The position numbers and the translations under genes were made by a program. Of a stretch of DNA of 64,000 bases, positions 29,219 to 38,327 are shown in pieces; positions within the stretch are counted from its first letter, which is position 1, and each line of letters opens with the position of its first letter. Under the pieces are notes generated by a model. The model was given only the letters and a program-made list of their open reading frames with translations. It did no database searches and was not told the DNA's origin. The DNA comes from Deltaproteobacteria bacterium. GTDB taxonomy: Bacteria; Myxococcota; Myxococcia; SLRQ01. The stretch lies in contig SLRQ01000042.1 of the NCBI GenBank assembly GCA_007130885.1, positions 1,232-65,231 on the forward strand. The letters are read 5' to 3'.

Positions 29219-31753
29219 TCAGCGCAAGGCTTCGCCGTCATCCATCATGAAGAGGTCGAGCGGAGAGATCATCTCGTCCGCCGACTTCGTCGGCGCGGTG
29301 CCGGGGACGAAAGGCTCGTACCTTCCGCTCTTGCCGGGGCGCGCGAGCAGCCCCGTTTCCGGGTCGATCCGCACGAACCGAACCGTGGCCGGAGGCAGAA
29401 ACGGGCTCGAGTAAGCACCATCGAGCGCGGACTGCATGAATGCAAGCCAAGCCGGGCCGGCGGCGCGGCCTCCATACTCGGCGCGGCCGAGCGGTTGAGG
29501 CTCATCGAAGCCCACCCACACGCCCGCGACGAGCTCGGGCGTGTAGCCGACGAACCAAGCGTCCCGGCGGTCATCGGTAGTGCCGGTCTTCCCGGCGGTG
29601 GGGCGGCCGAGCCGGTTCAGGCTCCTGCCGGTTCCTTCCTCCAGCACCGAAGTGAGCATATCAGTGAGGATGAAAGCTACATCGGCGCTCACCTCTTGCT
29701 CGGTGCCGGCGACGTGTCGAAAGATCTCGTTACCGTCACGGTCACGCACCGAGCGAACGAGAACCGGATCCTCTCTTACACCTCCGGCGGCCAAGGTGGA
29801 GTAAGCGTTGACCATCTCCATGGGAGTGACCTCGCCGCTGCCCAGGGCCAGCGGGAGGAAGCGAGGCAGCCGCGAGGTGATTCCGCAGCGGTGAGCGAAA
29901 TCCATGATGGAGTCCACACCGATGCGGTCGGCTATTCTCACGGATACGGCGTTCTTGGAGCGGGCCAGCGATTCTCGTATCGGCATCTCTCCATCGAACC
30001 GCCCATCATAGTTTCTAGGCCTCCAGGTGTCCCCGGTCCAGCGATCGCGAAAGCTCTCCGGCGCGTCGAGCACCCTGCTGGCCGCGGTATAGTCCGCTGT
30101 CTCCAGAGCCGCTCCGTACACGAACGGTTTGAAGGCCGAGCCCGGCTGGCGGCGAGCCTGGGTGGCGCGGTTGAAGTCGCCTCGAATTGCTTCGTAGCCG
30201 CCTACCATGGCAACCACGCCTCGGGTTTCGGGGTCGATCGCAACGAGCGCGCTTTCGACAAGCGGCCGCTGCTCCAAGGACGCATCCAAAACGGGCCGGT
30301 CATCGTCTTCGTCGTCCACGATATCGGCGCCGTCTTCAGCCTCCCCACCTAGGCGCACCAGTACCACATCGCCGCTACTGACCACGTTCGAAACCCGCTG
30401 GGGCGCGCGAGTCGCCCTCTCCGGGTTGAACGGGCGAGCCCACTGCATCTCACTCAAGCGTACGAGAGCGAGCACGTCGCCCAGCTCGACCAGGGCCGCC
30501 TCATCGGATACCTCCGTCACCAGGCCGCCAAGCACCAGGCCGTCTTCCACCGGCGCCAAACGTAGCGGAGGAATGGATTCCTCGTCCCTATCCCACTCGG
30601 GAAGGCGAGACAGATCATAAGCGAAGGGGCCACTGATTCCTCTGCCGCGCTGAACTCCGGCCAGCTCGTCGAAGCGCTGGTCGATGCTCTTCGCGGTAAT
30701 GGGGTCGAGGTGAGTCAAGGGCCCCCTCCAGCCTTGTCTCTTGTCGATCTCTCTCAGGTTGTCGAACACGGCCTTTTCGGCTGCCTCTTGCTTTTCGGGA
30801 TCCATCTCGACCTCGACGGTCAACCCGCCGCCGAGCAGCAGCTCGCCGCCAAGGTGGGCATCCAGCATTCGCCGCACCTCCTCGATGTAGGATTCGCCGG
30901 CCCCCCGCGTTGGAGGCGGGGCGAGTGCCAGCGGCTGGTCGGCCGCGGTCTCGGCCGCATCTTGTTCGACCATGCCGGCCTCGACCATGCGCCGTAGCAC
31001 GTAACCGCGCCGCTGAAGGGCCCGGTGTGGGTGGCGCCGAGGCGAGTAGAGGTTGGGCGCGCGCGGCAGGCCGGCGAGAATGGATATCTCCGAAAGGTCC
31101 AGCTCGTTCAAGTCCTTGCCGAAGTAGTATCGCGATGCCTCCAGCACGCCATGTCGTCCATGCCCGAAGTAGATTTGGTTCAGGTACAGAAACAGGATCT
31201 CGTCCTTGGTGAGGTTCTGCTCTAGGCGTCGGGCTAGGATCATCTCTCTGAACTTGCGAGAGAACCTGCGTTCCGGGGTGAGCAGAAAAGTCTTGACTAC
31301 CTGCTGAGTTATTGTGCTCGCGCCTTCTCTCACGGCGCCGGCCCGCAGGTTTCGAAGCAGAGCCCGCGCGATGCCCAGATAGTCCAAGCCGACGTGGTCG
31401 TAGAATCGTTCATCCTCCGAGGCGATGAAGGCCTGCACCAACAGCTCCGGCATTTCCTCTAGAGGAACTACGGTTCGGCGTTCCAAAAACAGCTCGCCGG
31501 TTACATCGCCGTCTCTAGACACCAGCCTGGTGGTCTCGAGGGGCCTGTAGTCCTCCAAGCTCTCGAAGCCCGGCAGGTCGCGCGCGTAGTAGGCATGGAT
31601 ACAGACGCCTGTAACCAAAGCGAGCAGCGCCACGGCCACCGCCGCGCCTAGGCCCCACGTGAGAAGCCGGAGGCCCAGGGAGCCCGCGGGCCTCTCGGAG
31701 TCGCGGCCTTCAGAGGATTCGGAGCCGTTGGGGTTTTTCGTTGCTTTCGGCAT
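29219..31753 (-). CDS. mrcA: Class A penicillin-binding protein 1A
   Basis: TM anchor, EDERFYDH, GASTITQQ, RKFRE, OB-like insert, SAFK (SxxK), SKN, KTG. Confidence 0.93.
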   Translation of the reverse strand: MPKATKNPNGSESSEGRDSERPAGSLGLRLLTWGLGAAVAVALLALVTGVCIHAYYARDLPGFESLEDYRPLETTRLVSRDGDVTGELFLERRTVVPLEEMPELLVQAFIASEDERFYDHVGLDYLGIARALLRNLRAGAVREGASTITQQVVKTFLLTPERRFSRKFREMILARRLEQNLTKDEILFLYLNQIYFGHGRHGVLEASRYYFGKDLNELDLSEISILAGLPRAPNLYSPRRHPHRALQRRGYVLRRMVEAGMVEQDAAETAADQPLALAPPPTRGAGESYIEEVRRMLDAHLGGELLLGGGLTVEVEMDPEKQEAAEKAVFDNLREIDKRQGWRGPLTHLDPITAKSIDQRFDELAGVQRGRGISGPFAYDLSRLPEWDRDEESIPPLRLAPVEDGLVLGGLVTEVSDEAALVELGDVLALVRLSEMQWARPFNPERATRAPQRVSNVVSSGDVVLVRLGGEAEDGADIVDDEDDDRPVLDASLEQRPLVESALVAIDPETRGVVAMVGGYEAIRGDFNRATQARRQPGSAFKPFVYGAALETADYTAASRVLDAPESFRDRWTGDTWRPRNYDGRFDGEMPIRESLARSKNAVSVRIADRIGVDSIMDFAHRCGITSRLPRFLPLALGSGEVTPMEMVNAYSTLAAGGVREDPVLVRSVRDRDGNEIFRHVAGTEQEVSADVAFILTDMLTSVLEEGTGRSLNRLGRPTAGKTGTTDDRRDAWFVGYTPELVAGVWVGFDEPQPLGRAEYGGRAAGPAWLAFMQSALDGAYSSPFLPPATVRFVRIDPETGLLARPGKSGRYEPFVPGTAPTKSADEMISPLDLFMMDDGEALR

Positions 31754-32108
31754 GCGCCCCCGTCGAAAATAAGAAGCTGCCGGCTACGCTACTCCGCGTC
31801 CGCCCGCGCCGCAACAAACCAGTAACCAGGCTCTACCCTGGGTGCGGGTTCCGACCTATCGACGTGAAAAACGTTCTCCCCCGCAGGGATGGGGCACACT
31901 TGGAGTTGACTCGATGCCGTTGCGGACGCTATACCCGCGAAGAAGGACAGGTTTCTGGTAAGGACGCACAAAACAAGAGAAACTGTTGTCCGAGCAAGGT
32001 GATCTTCCCCGCGATAAGTCGACGGCCACGGGGGTCGTTGCAGCGGGAAAAGGTATGCTCGGTAGTCCCGATTGAATGGACAGCTCGCCTAATACAGGGG
32101 AAGTAAAA

Positions 32109-32882
32109 ATGAATCGCGCCCGTCTCCCTCTTCTCATGGTCTTCGCCGTGTCGTTGCTTTTCGCCGCAGGCTGCAAGCCCGATTGGCCCGCCTGCAACAA
32201 CGATAAGCACTGCCGTCATGATCGTGACGGCAACGAGGTCAACTTCATCTGTGTGGATGGCACCTGCCGTGAGTGTGTCGCCCACGTGGATTGTCCGGAA
32301 GGCTTCGAGTGCAGGAACCACACCTGCGTGCCGGAGCCCGAGTGCCGTGCTGATGGCGACTGCGCCGGCAATCTCGTTTGCCGAAACGGCGAGTGCGTGC
32401 CGGAGTGCACGTCCGACGCCGATTGCGCCTCGGGTATGGTGTGCGAGGCGAATCGATGCGTGCCTGATGTGGAATGTGTGACCGACGCGGATTGCGACGA
32501 AGGCTACGAGTGTGAGCGCGGAGAGTGCGTCGTGGCCGTCGTCGACTGCGACTTCGATAAGGTCCACTTCGAGTTCGACAGCCACATTCTCACCGCCGAG
32601 GCCAGGCGCGTGCTTTCGGAAAACGCGGAGTGCCTCAAGCAGATGGATGAGAGAGTGACCCTGGAGGGCCACTGCGATGAGAGAGGGACGCAGGAGTACA
32701 ACCTTGCCCTCGGCGAGCGGCGGGCTAACTCGGTCCGCGAGTACCTGATCAGCCTAGGCGTACCGTCGAACTTGCTGCGGACGGTGAGCTACGGCAAGGA
32801 GCGGCCGCTCGACAGGCGTAGCAACGAGACGGCCTGGGCCAAGAACCGTCGTGTCGAGTTCAGGACCAGCGAGCGTCGCTGA
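32109..32882 (+). CDS. pal: Peptidoglycan-associated lipoprotein Pal/OmpA-C with Cys-rich N-terminal repeats
   Basis: Lipobox FAAG-C, ECxxDxDC repeats, EGHCDERGTQEYNLALGERRA, SYGKERP, NRRVEF. Confidence 0.88.
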   Translation: MNRARLPLLMVFAVSLLFAAGCKPDWPACNNDKHCRHDRDGNEVNFICVDGTCRECVAHVDCPEGFECRNHTCVPEPECRADGDCAGNLVCRNGECVPECTSDADCASGMVCEANRCVPDVECVTDADCDEGYECERGECVVAVVDCDFDKVHFEFDSHILTAEARRVLSENAECLKQMDERVTLEGHCDERGTQEYNLALGERRANSVREYLISLGVPSNLLRTVSYGKERPLDRRSNETAWAKNRRVEFRTSERR

Positions 32883-32911
32883 TTCGGAGCGGCAGCCCCA
32901 AACTCCATAGG

Positions 32912-33769
32912 ATGGAAGCCGCCATGCGGCATATTCGACAGGCCGTTGCAAAGCGTGTGGCGGCCTGCCTAATCTTGGCAGTCGGCATGACTGCCACCGG
33001 GTGCGTTACGACTCTCCAGAAGGGGCGTGAGCTGGAGTACCGCATCGACATCCTCGAGGTGCGCCTCCAAGAGGAATCCGAGGCGCGGGAGGCGGCCCTG
33101 GAAGAGGAGATCGCCAGGCTGGATGAGCGGCTGGAAGAGATGTCCTCCGTGCTCGAGAGCCTGGGTGTCGCGACCCGGCGGACGTCGGCGGACGTCGGCG
33201 TAACTCTCGAAAGCCTCAATGAGGAGATGAGAGGCGTTCAGGGCCGCATCGATGAGCTGCGCCACTATCTCGAACGTACCCGGGAGGAGAACGAGCGGCT
33301 ACGTGACACACTCGATCGCCGATTCGCCGGGCTGGAGGGAGAAACCGCGGTGGCCGAGGTGGAGGCCCGGCAGGCAGCTCGCAAGGCGGAGCGCCCGGAT
33401 GAGCCGGGAGCGTTTCTCGCCATGGCAAGAAGCAGGCTGGAGGACGGCGAGCACGCCGTGGCCAGAAACCTCCTCCTGGAGTTTCAGCGAAGATGGCAGG
33501 ACGTGGAGCAAGCCGATGAGGCACAGCTCTTGATAGCGGAGAGCTATTTTCTGCAAGGTGATCATCGGTCGGCGATCCTGGAGTTCAACAAGGTACGAGA
33601 AAAGTACCCGGACAGTCGCTTGATGCCGCAAGCACTCCTTCGGCTCGGCGAGTCGTTCGCGGCTCTGGAGTTGAAGCGGGAAGCCCGTGACTTTTTCGAC
33701 GCCGTGATAAGGGCCTACCCCGACGATCCGGCGGCCGCCGAGGCAAAGGATAGGAAGCGCTCCTTGTAG
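32912..33769 (+). CDS. cpoB: Tol-Pal associated coiled-coil/TPR protein CpoB (YbgF)
   Basis: Lipobox-like ATG-C, coiled coil, C-terminal TPRs (ESYF...YPDS...YPDD); directly downstream of pal. Confidence 0.82.
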   Translation: MEAAMRHIRQAVAKRVAACLILAVGMTATGCVTTLQKGRELEYRIDILEVRLQEESEAREAALEEEIARLDERLEEMSSVLESLGVATRRTSADVGVTLESLNEEMRGVQGRIDELRHYLERTREENERLRDTLDRRFAGLEGETAVAEVEARQAARKAERPDEPGAFLAMARSRLEDGEHAVARNLLLEFQRRWQDVEQADEAQLLIAESYFLQGDHRSAILEFNKVREKYPDSRLMPQALLRLGESFAALELKREARDFFDAVIRAYPDDPAAAEAKDRKRSL

Positions 33770-33844
33770 GGGTCTTCGGATGAGCCCTTGAAAACAAGCA
33801 TCTCGTGGGCCTTCGATACTTCTCGGTGCAATTTCACGCGGTCT

Positions 33845-33995
33845 GGATGCCGGCTTGCGCCGGCATGACTAACGGGGTTTTGCGGCACCCTCACCAAGCG
33901 GGTTGACGATAAAGGGGACTTGTCAGGCTCCACAGCGGTTGACCCCAACGAGACATACAACTATCAGTAACCGGTCTGGGCGGTAGCACTCTCGA
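33845..33995. ncRNA. Candidate structured non-coding RNA (rod-like with internal bubble), unassigned
   Basis: Intergenic. Nested complementary segments: GGTT 33901-04/AACC 33969-72, GATA 33908-11/TATC 33962-65, GTCA 33922-25/TGAC 33940-43, GCT/AGC, CCC/GGG, TGC/GCA. Adjacent perfect 8-bp hairpin atgccggc-ttgc-gccggcat. Folded by eye only. Confidence 0.35.
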
Positions 33996-34012
33996 GGATC
34001 GGGGCTGGGAAG

Positions 34013-36499
34013 ATGCGCGAAGACCGGAGATGCCGGGTGAAGGGGATCGGCCGCATAGTAAGGCTGGTAGTGTTCGCGGCAGGCCTCTCCACGGGCTTCG
34101 TTGCCGCCGGTGCCCACGCCGCTTCTCCAGACCTGGATTTTGGCCTGGTCGTGCCCGGGCTGACCGGCGCGCTCGCCGAAGATTCACTCGCCGGACGCGA
34201 AAACCCCGCGGGGCTGGGCTTTCTGGAAGGAGGCGAGCTTCAGCTAGTTCACCTGAGAGCGCCGGGAGCGAGATCGACCGGCCTTCATTACGGACTCAGC
34301 CTGGGCCCATTGGGTGCCGGGTTCGCGCAAGAGTGGCTGGACGGCTCAGCCATAGGCAGGCAAAGACGCTCGCAAATCTCCCTGGCTCTCGGGGATAGAT
34401 CCCTTGCCCTGGGAGCCTCCACTCGGTGGCTTCGGCTGGCAGGCGAAGAGCAAAGCGATGTCTCCTACGACCTGGGCCTGGCAGGGCGCGTCTTTCCTTA
34501 TCTGGCCTGGTCAGTACGAGCCCGAGACATAGGATTACGCGAACGAACGAGCTACTCCACGGGCATCGGCCTCAGAGCTCTGCGCGACCGGATAACAATC
34601 GGGGTAGACCGAGTGTGGAGCCCGGACGAAGCCTTTACCGGAAGGGAGGGTCTCCTTTCCGGCGGCCTCGAGCTGCGGCTGTATGACGGCCTGGGCCTTA
34701 GGGGCCAAATCATTCATCCCCTTGACCAAGACGACGATCGGGATACGTGGCTGCAGGCCGCGGTCGTGATCGATCTGCCTCACCTGGGCTTCAGTGGCGG
34801 CCACCTGCCCCGGGCCGAGGCGAGTGACAACCTTTACGCCGGCATACGGCTCTCGACAGCCAGGCACCGCACCTTTTTGGCCACCGGTGGGCAGGTGTTC
34901 GTAAACCTAGAGGACTTTCTCACCTTCGACCCACCTCTTCTACTTCCCGCCGCGGCAAGAGACCCTCTCTTGGACCTAATCCGCCTTCTGGATCAGGCTC
35001 GCCGTGATCCCGAGGTGGACGGAGTCGTCATACGCACCTCCGGCGGCGCGATGCTTTCCTTGTCCGAGGTCGAAGAGCTGCGGCATTCCTTGTCCTTGCT
35101 GCAAGAAAATGGAAAGACCGTCTACTTCTATCTCGATGGGGCCGACGACTGGACTCTATATCTTGCCGCCGGAGCCGATCGTGTGATCGCTGCTCCTTCG
35201 ACCGCTTTCCTGGCCAACGGGCTCACCTCGACCGTCAGCTTCCTGGGGGAAGGCCTCGGCAAGATCGGTGTAAACCCCGAGTTCGTGCGCGCCGGAGAGT
35301 ACAAGACCGCGCCCGACACCCTGGAACGCTCCGATATCTCGGAGCCTCACCGAGAAGCCATCGAATCAGTGCTCGATGATACCTGGCAAAGGTACTCCAG
35401 CGTGACCGCGGACGGCCGGGAGCTTACGCTCACCGACTTCGAGAAAGCTCTCTCGATGGGGATCTATGCAGCCGGGCCCGCTTTGGATGCCGGCTTGATC
35501 GATGAGATAGCCTTCCCGGACCAGATCGAAAAAATACTTCAGAGGGAGGGCGAAAGCCCTCGCATCATCAAGAACTACGAGACGAGACGTTTTGCCCAGC
35601 GGCGCTGGGGCAGGCCGCCGATCATAGCCGTAATACCCATCGTGGGAACCATAGTCAGAGGAGAGACTCCGATAGGACCCTTCAGCCCGGTCACGGCGAC
35701 CGGGGCCGCGACAGTGAACAAAGCAATAGCCAGGGCACTCGATGATCCAAGGGTATCAGCCATCGTCCTGCGTATAGACAGCCCCGGCGGCGAAGCCCAA
35801 GCCAGCGATCTCATCAGGAGGGCTGTCGAGAAAGCCGACGAAGAAAAGCCCGTAGTAGCCGCCATGGGCAGCGTGGCGGCCAGTGGAGGCTACTATGCGG
35901 CACTGGGCGCGCGCCGCATTTTTGCGACCTCCTCGACTATCACGGGATCCATCGGTGTCTTCGCGGGCTCCGTGGATCTGTCGGGTCTCTTCGAAAAAAT
36001 CGGTGTGAATCAAGTGGTTTTCAAGCGCGGAGAGCTCGCCGACATATTCGCCCTAAACCGCCCCTGGACCCAAGAGGAGCGTCTCGCCGTGGGGTCCTTC
36101 GTCGATGCCGCTTATGCGGATTTCGTCACTCACGTAAGCGAAGCGCGAGGTATCTCACCTGAAAAGGTCGAGGAGGTAGCCGGGGGCCGCATTTGGACCG
36201 GTTTCCAAGCCGCGGAGCGAGAGCTGATCGACGGGGTGGCCACGTTTCAAGAAGCCGTTGAGCATGCCAAAATCGAGGCAGGCATAGCACCGGAGGAGGT
36301 GGTCGATGTCTCCCTCTTTGCCGGCGTAACCGGCCCGTTAGCGGCCTTCACGGGCAGGGGTAGACCGCTTGCGGGAACACTGTCTGAATTTCCCAAGGCT
36401 TCTCTGATCGATGATGTGACCCGAACGCTCGGCCCCTTCATTTGGATAAGGGCAAATACTCCCCTTGCGCTACTGCCCTGGACCATAGAAATACGCTAA
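34013..36499 (+). CDS. sppA: Signal peptide peptidase SppA (S49, two domains) with N-terminal predicted beta-barrel region
   Basis: Signal peptide ending AHA-A, ~260 aa of alternating beta-strand pattern, GEYK (catalytic Lys), LRIDSPGG, AASGGYY (catalytic Ser), ITGSIGV, GRIWTG. True start may be GTG ~34037. Confidence 0.88.
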   Translation: MREDRRCRVKGIGRIVRLVVFAAGLSTGFVAAGAHAASPDLDFGLVVPGLTGALAEDSLAGRENPAGLGFLEGGELQLVHLRAPGARSTGLHYGLSLGPLGAGFAQEWLDGSAIGRQRRSQISLALGDRSLALGASTRWLRLAGEEQSDVSYDLGLAGRVFPYLAWSVRARDIGLRERTSYSTGIGLRALRDRITIGVDRVWSPDEAFTGREGLLSGGLELRLYDGLGLRGQIIHPLDQDDDRDTWLQAAVVIDLPHLGFSGGHLPRAEASDNLYAGIRLSTARHRTFLATGGQVFVNLEDFLTFDPPLLLPAAARDPLLDLIRLLDQARRDPEVDGVVIRTSGGAMLSLSEVEELRHSLSLLQENGKTVYFYLDGADDWTLYLAAGADRVIAAPSTAFLANGLTSTVSFLGEGLGKIGVNPEFVRAGEYKTAPDTLERSDISEPHREAIESVLDDTWQRYSSVTADGRELTLTDFEKALSMGIYAAGPALDAGLIDEIAFPDQIEKILQREGESPRIIKNYETRRFAQRRWGRPPIIAVIPIVGTIVRGETPIGPFSPVTATGAATVNKAIARALDDPRVSAIVLRIDSPGGEAQASDLIRRAVEKADEEKPVVAAMGSVAASGGYYAALGARRIFATSSTITGSIGVFAGSVDLSGLFEKIGVNQVVFKRGELADIFALNRPWTQEERLAVGSFVDAAYADFVTHVSEARGISPEKVEEVAGGRIWTGFQAAERELIDGVATFQEAVEHAKIEAGIAPEEVVDVSLFAGVTGPLAAFTGRGRPLAGTLSEFPKASLIDDVTRTLGPFIWIRANTPLALLPWTIEIR

Positions 36500-36513
36500 A
36501 CTCAATTTTCTTC

Positions 36514-38019
36514 ATGGCAGGAAACAACCGCCATATTTGGAACCGTCCCTTCGAAGGGGATCTTCGAGGCTACCCCGTGCATCGGGTTTACGCCGAGATC
36601 CATCAGGATTTCGCAAGCGGCCACCTTCGACTAACAAGAGGAAAAGCTCAGAAGGACATCTACTTCTTCAAGGGCCTGCTTCGTTTCGCCTCGAGCAACA
36701 TCCGGAACGAGAACGCGGGCGGAATGCAGCTGGAAACAGGTGAACTGGACCAGACCACTTTCGACGCCGCCGTCAAGTACATGCGAGTCAACCGGACCAC
36801 CTTCGCCGAAGCACTCATCAAGACCGAAGCCCTTCCCCTCAATAGCTTGAACGAGGCGTTTGCGAACCAGGTGCAGGCTGTCTCGACGGGGGCACTGGGC
36901 TGGCAAGACGGCAGCGCCCGTTTCGCCCCGGGGGAAGAAAAACCCGCGGGAGTCCCCGAGCATTCGTTGAACCCCTTGGAGGTGGTTCTACGAGGCCTGC
37001 CGCGTTACTTCACGGTTGAAGTCATTCGGGGATTCTTGAAGAGATATTCTCAAAAGGTCGTCATCCCAACGGCCAGAATGAATTTGGAGAAGCATCTAAT
37101 ACAACGATACTATCCGGCCGAGCAGGTCACTACGTTCATCCATAGTGGGCAAACGGTAAGCGACATCCTCGAGAAGACACGCAGCGATGATGACTTGCAC
37201 ATAGTCTTCTTCCTTTTGGGAACAGGCCTCGCTCGCCTCGGAGGACGGGAAACCGCCGGAAAAGCCGCGGACACCCCTCGGAAACCAACAGGTATGCCCA
37301 CATCCACGCGGGAGTCCGCCTTCATCAAGGACATCCGGGCGGAGTATCGAAGAATCGCGGAGGCTACCCATTATGAGGTGCTCGGGCTAACTCAATCGGC
37401 CGGCAATGCCGACATACAAGGAGCCTATCTCAAGGCCGCCAAGAAGTGGCACGCGGATCGGTTCGCCCGTCACTCCCTGGGCGATGCATCCAAGCTGGTC
37501 AACAGCATCTTCGCGCGTGTCGTGGAGGCTCGCGATACACTCAACGACCACCAACGCCGGGCCGAGTACGACCTGTATCTCGACAGGAAGGCAAAGGGTC
37601 TGCCAACCGACGTCGGAGTCATTTTGCGAGCGGAAAATCTCTTCGTGGAGGGCATGGGCTTCATGAAGATGGGAAAGGCGGCCAAGGCCCTGGAGCGGTT
37701 CGAAGAGGCCATCTCCCTGAACAAGGGCGAAGCCGAGCTGTACGCGTGGCGCGGGTACGCGCTTTATCGTGTTGAAGGAAAAGTCGCCAAGGAAAAGGCA
37801 CTCGCTGACATCAATCGGGGCTTGAACGAGCAGCCCGATATGCCCGCGGCCAACTTCTTCCTCGGCATGATCGCCTTGGACGAGGGAAAAGAGGAAGAGG
37901 CGGCGCGTCGGTTCGAACAAACGTTGGAGCGCGATCCACGACATGTCGAAGCCAAACGACAGCTAAATAGGATCAAGGCAAGCAAAAAGGGGCCGGGCAG
38001 AGCGTCGGGCAAACGTTGA
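36514..38019 (+). CDS. DUF4388-like / J-like domain / TPR protein
   Basis: SGHLRL...KDIYF..G N-terminal domain, HYEVLGL...KKWHADR...RRAEYD J-like domain, C-terminal TPRs. Confidence 0.8.
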   Translation: MAGNNRHIWNRPFEGDLRGYPVHRVYAEIHQDFASGHLRLTRGKAQKDIYFFKGLLRFASSNIRNENAGGMQLETGELDQTTFDAAVKYMRVNRTTFAEALIKTEALPLNSLNEAFANQVQAVSTGALGWQDGSARFAPGEEKPAGVPEHSLNPLEVVLRGLPRYFTVEVIRGFLKRYSQKVVIPTARMNLEKHLIQRYYPAEQVTTFIHSGQTVSDILEKTRSDDDLHIVFFLLGTGLARLGGRETAGKAADTPRKPTGMPTSTRESAFIKDIRAEYRRIAEATHYEVLGLTQSAGNADIQGAYLKAAKKWHADRFARHSLGDASKLVNSIFARVVEARDTLNDHQRRAEYDLYLDRKAKGLPTDVGVILRAENLFVEGMGFMKMGKAAKALERFEEAISLNKGEAELYAWRGYALYRVEGKVAKEKALADINRGLNEQPDMPAANFFLGMIALDEGKEEEAARRFEQTLERDPRHVEAKRQLNRIKASKKGPGRASGKR

Positions 38020-38327
38020 CAGCGGCTCGGTCTCATCAGCGGCATTACTGTGAATGCGACAAGCAAATCGGCCGCCCGCCTGTCTCACATTGATATGGCC
38101 CTAAACCAGAGACCGTGATTATGGACGAATGGATCGTGGAGTTCGGAATGCGTGGATGCAAGAAAAGAGGAGGAGGAATAGTTGTTACCTAGGCAACCGA
38201 CGATTGACGCGGCAGACGCGCGCGTCACGCCCGCGAGGCGTCGATCCGAAATCATGATTTCTGGTGCAGAGTGCTTCAGTAGCGTAACAAAGCTCCACCG
38301 CGCGGTCCGGATCAGGAGGCCTGGCGA

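Noticed and set aside
38020-38327. Small gene or RNA upstream of carD (includes palindrome gaaatcatgatttc)
   Set aside because: No credible ORF with an RBS and no extended fold seen; probably just promoter sequence.
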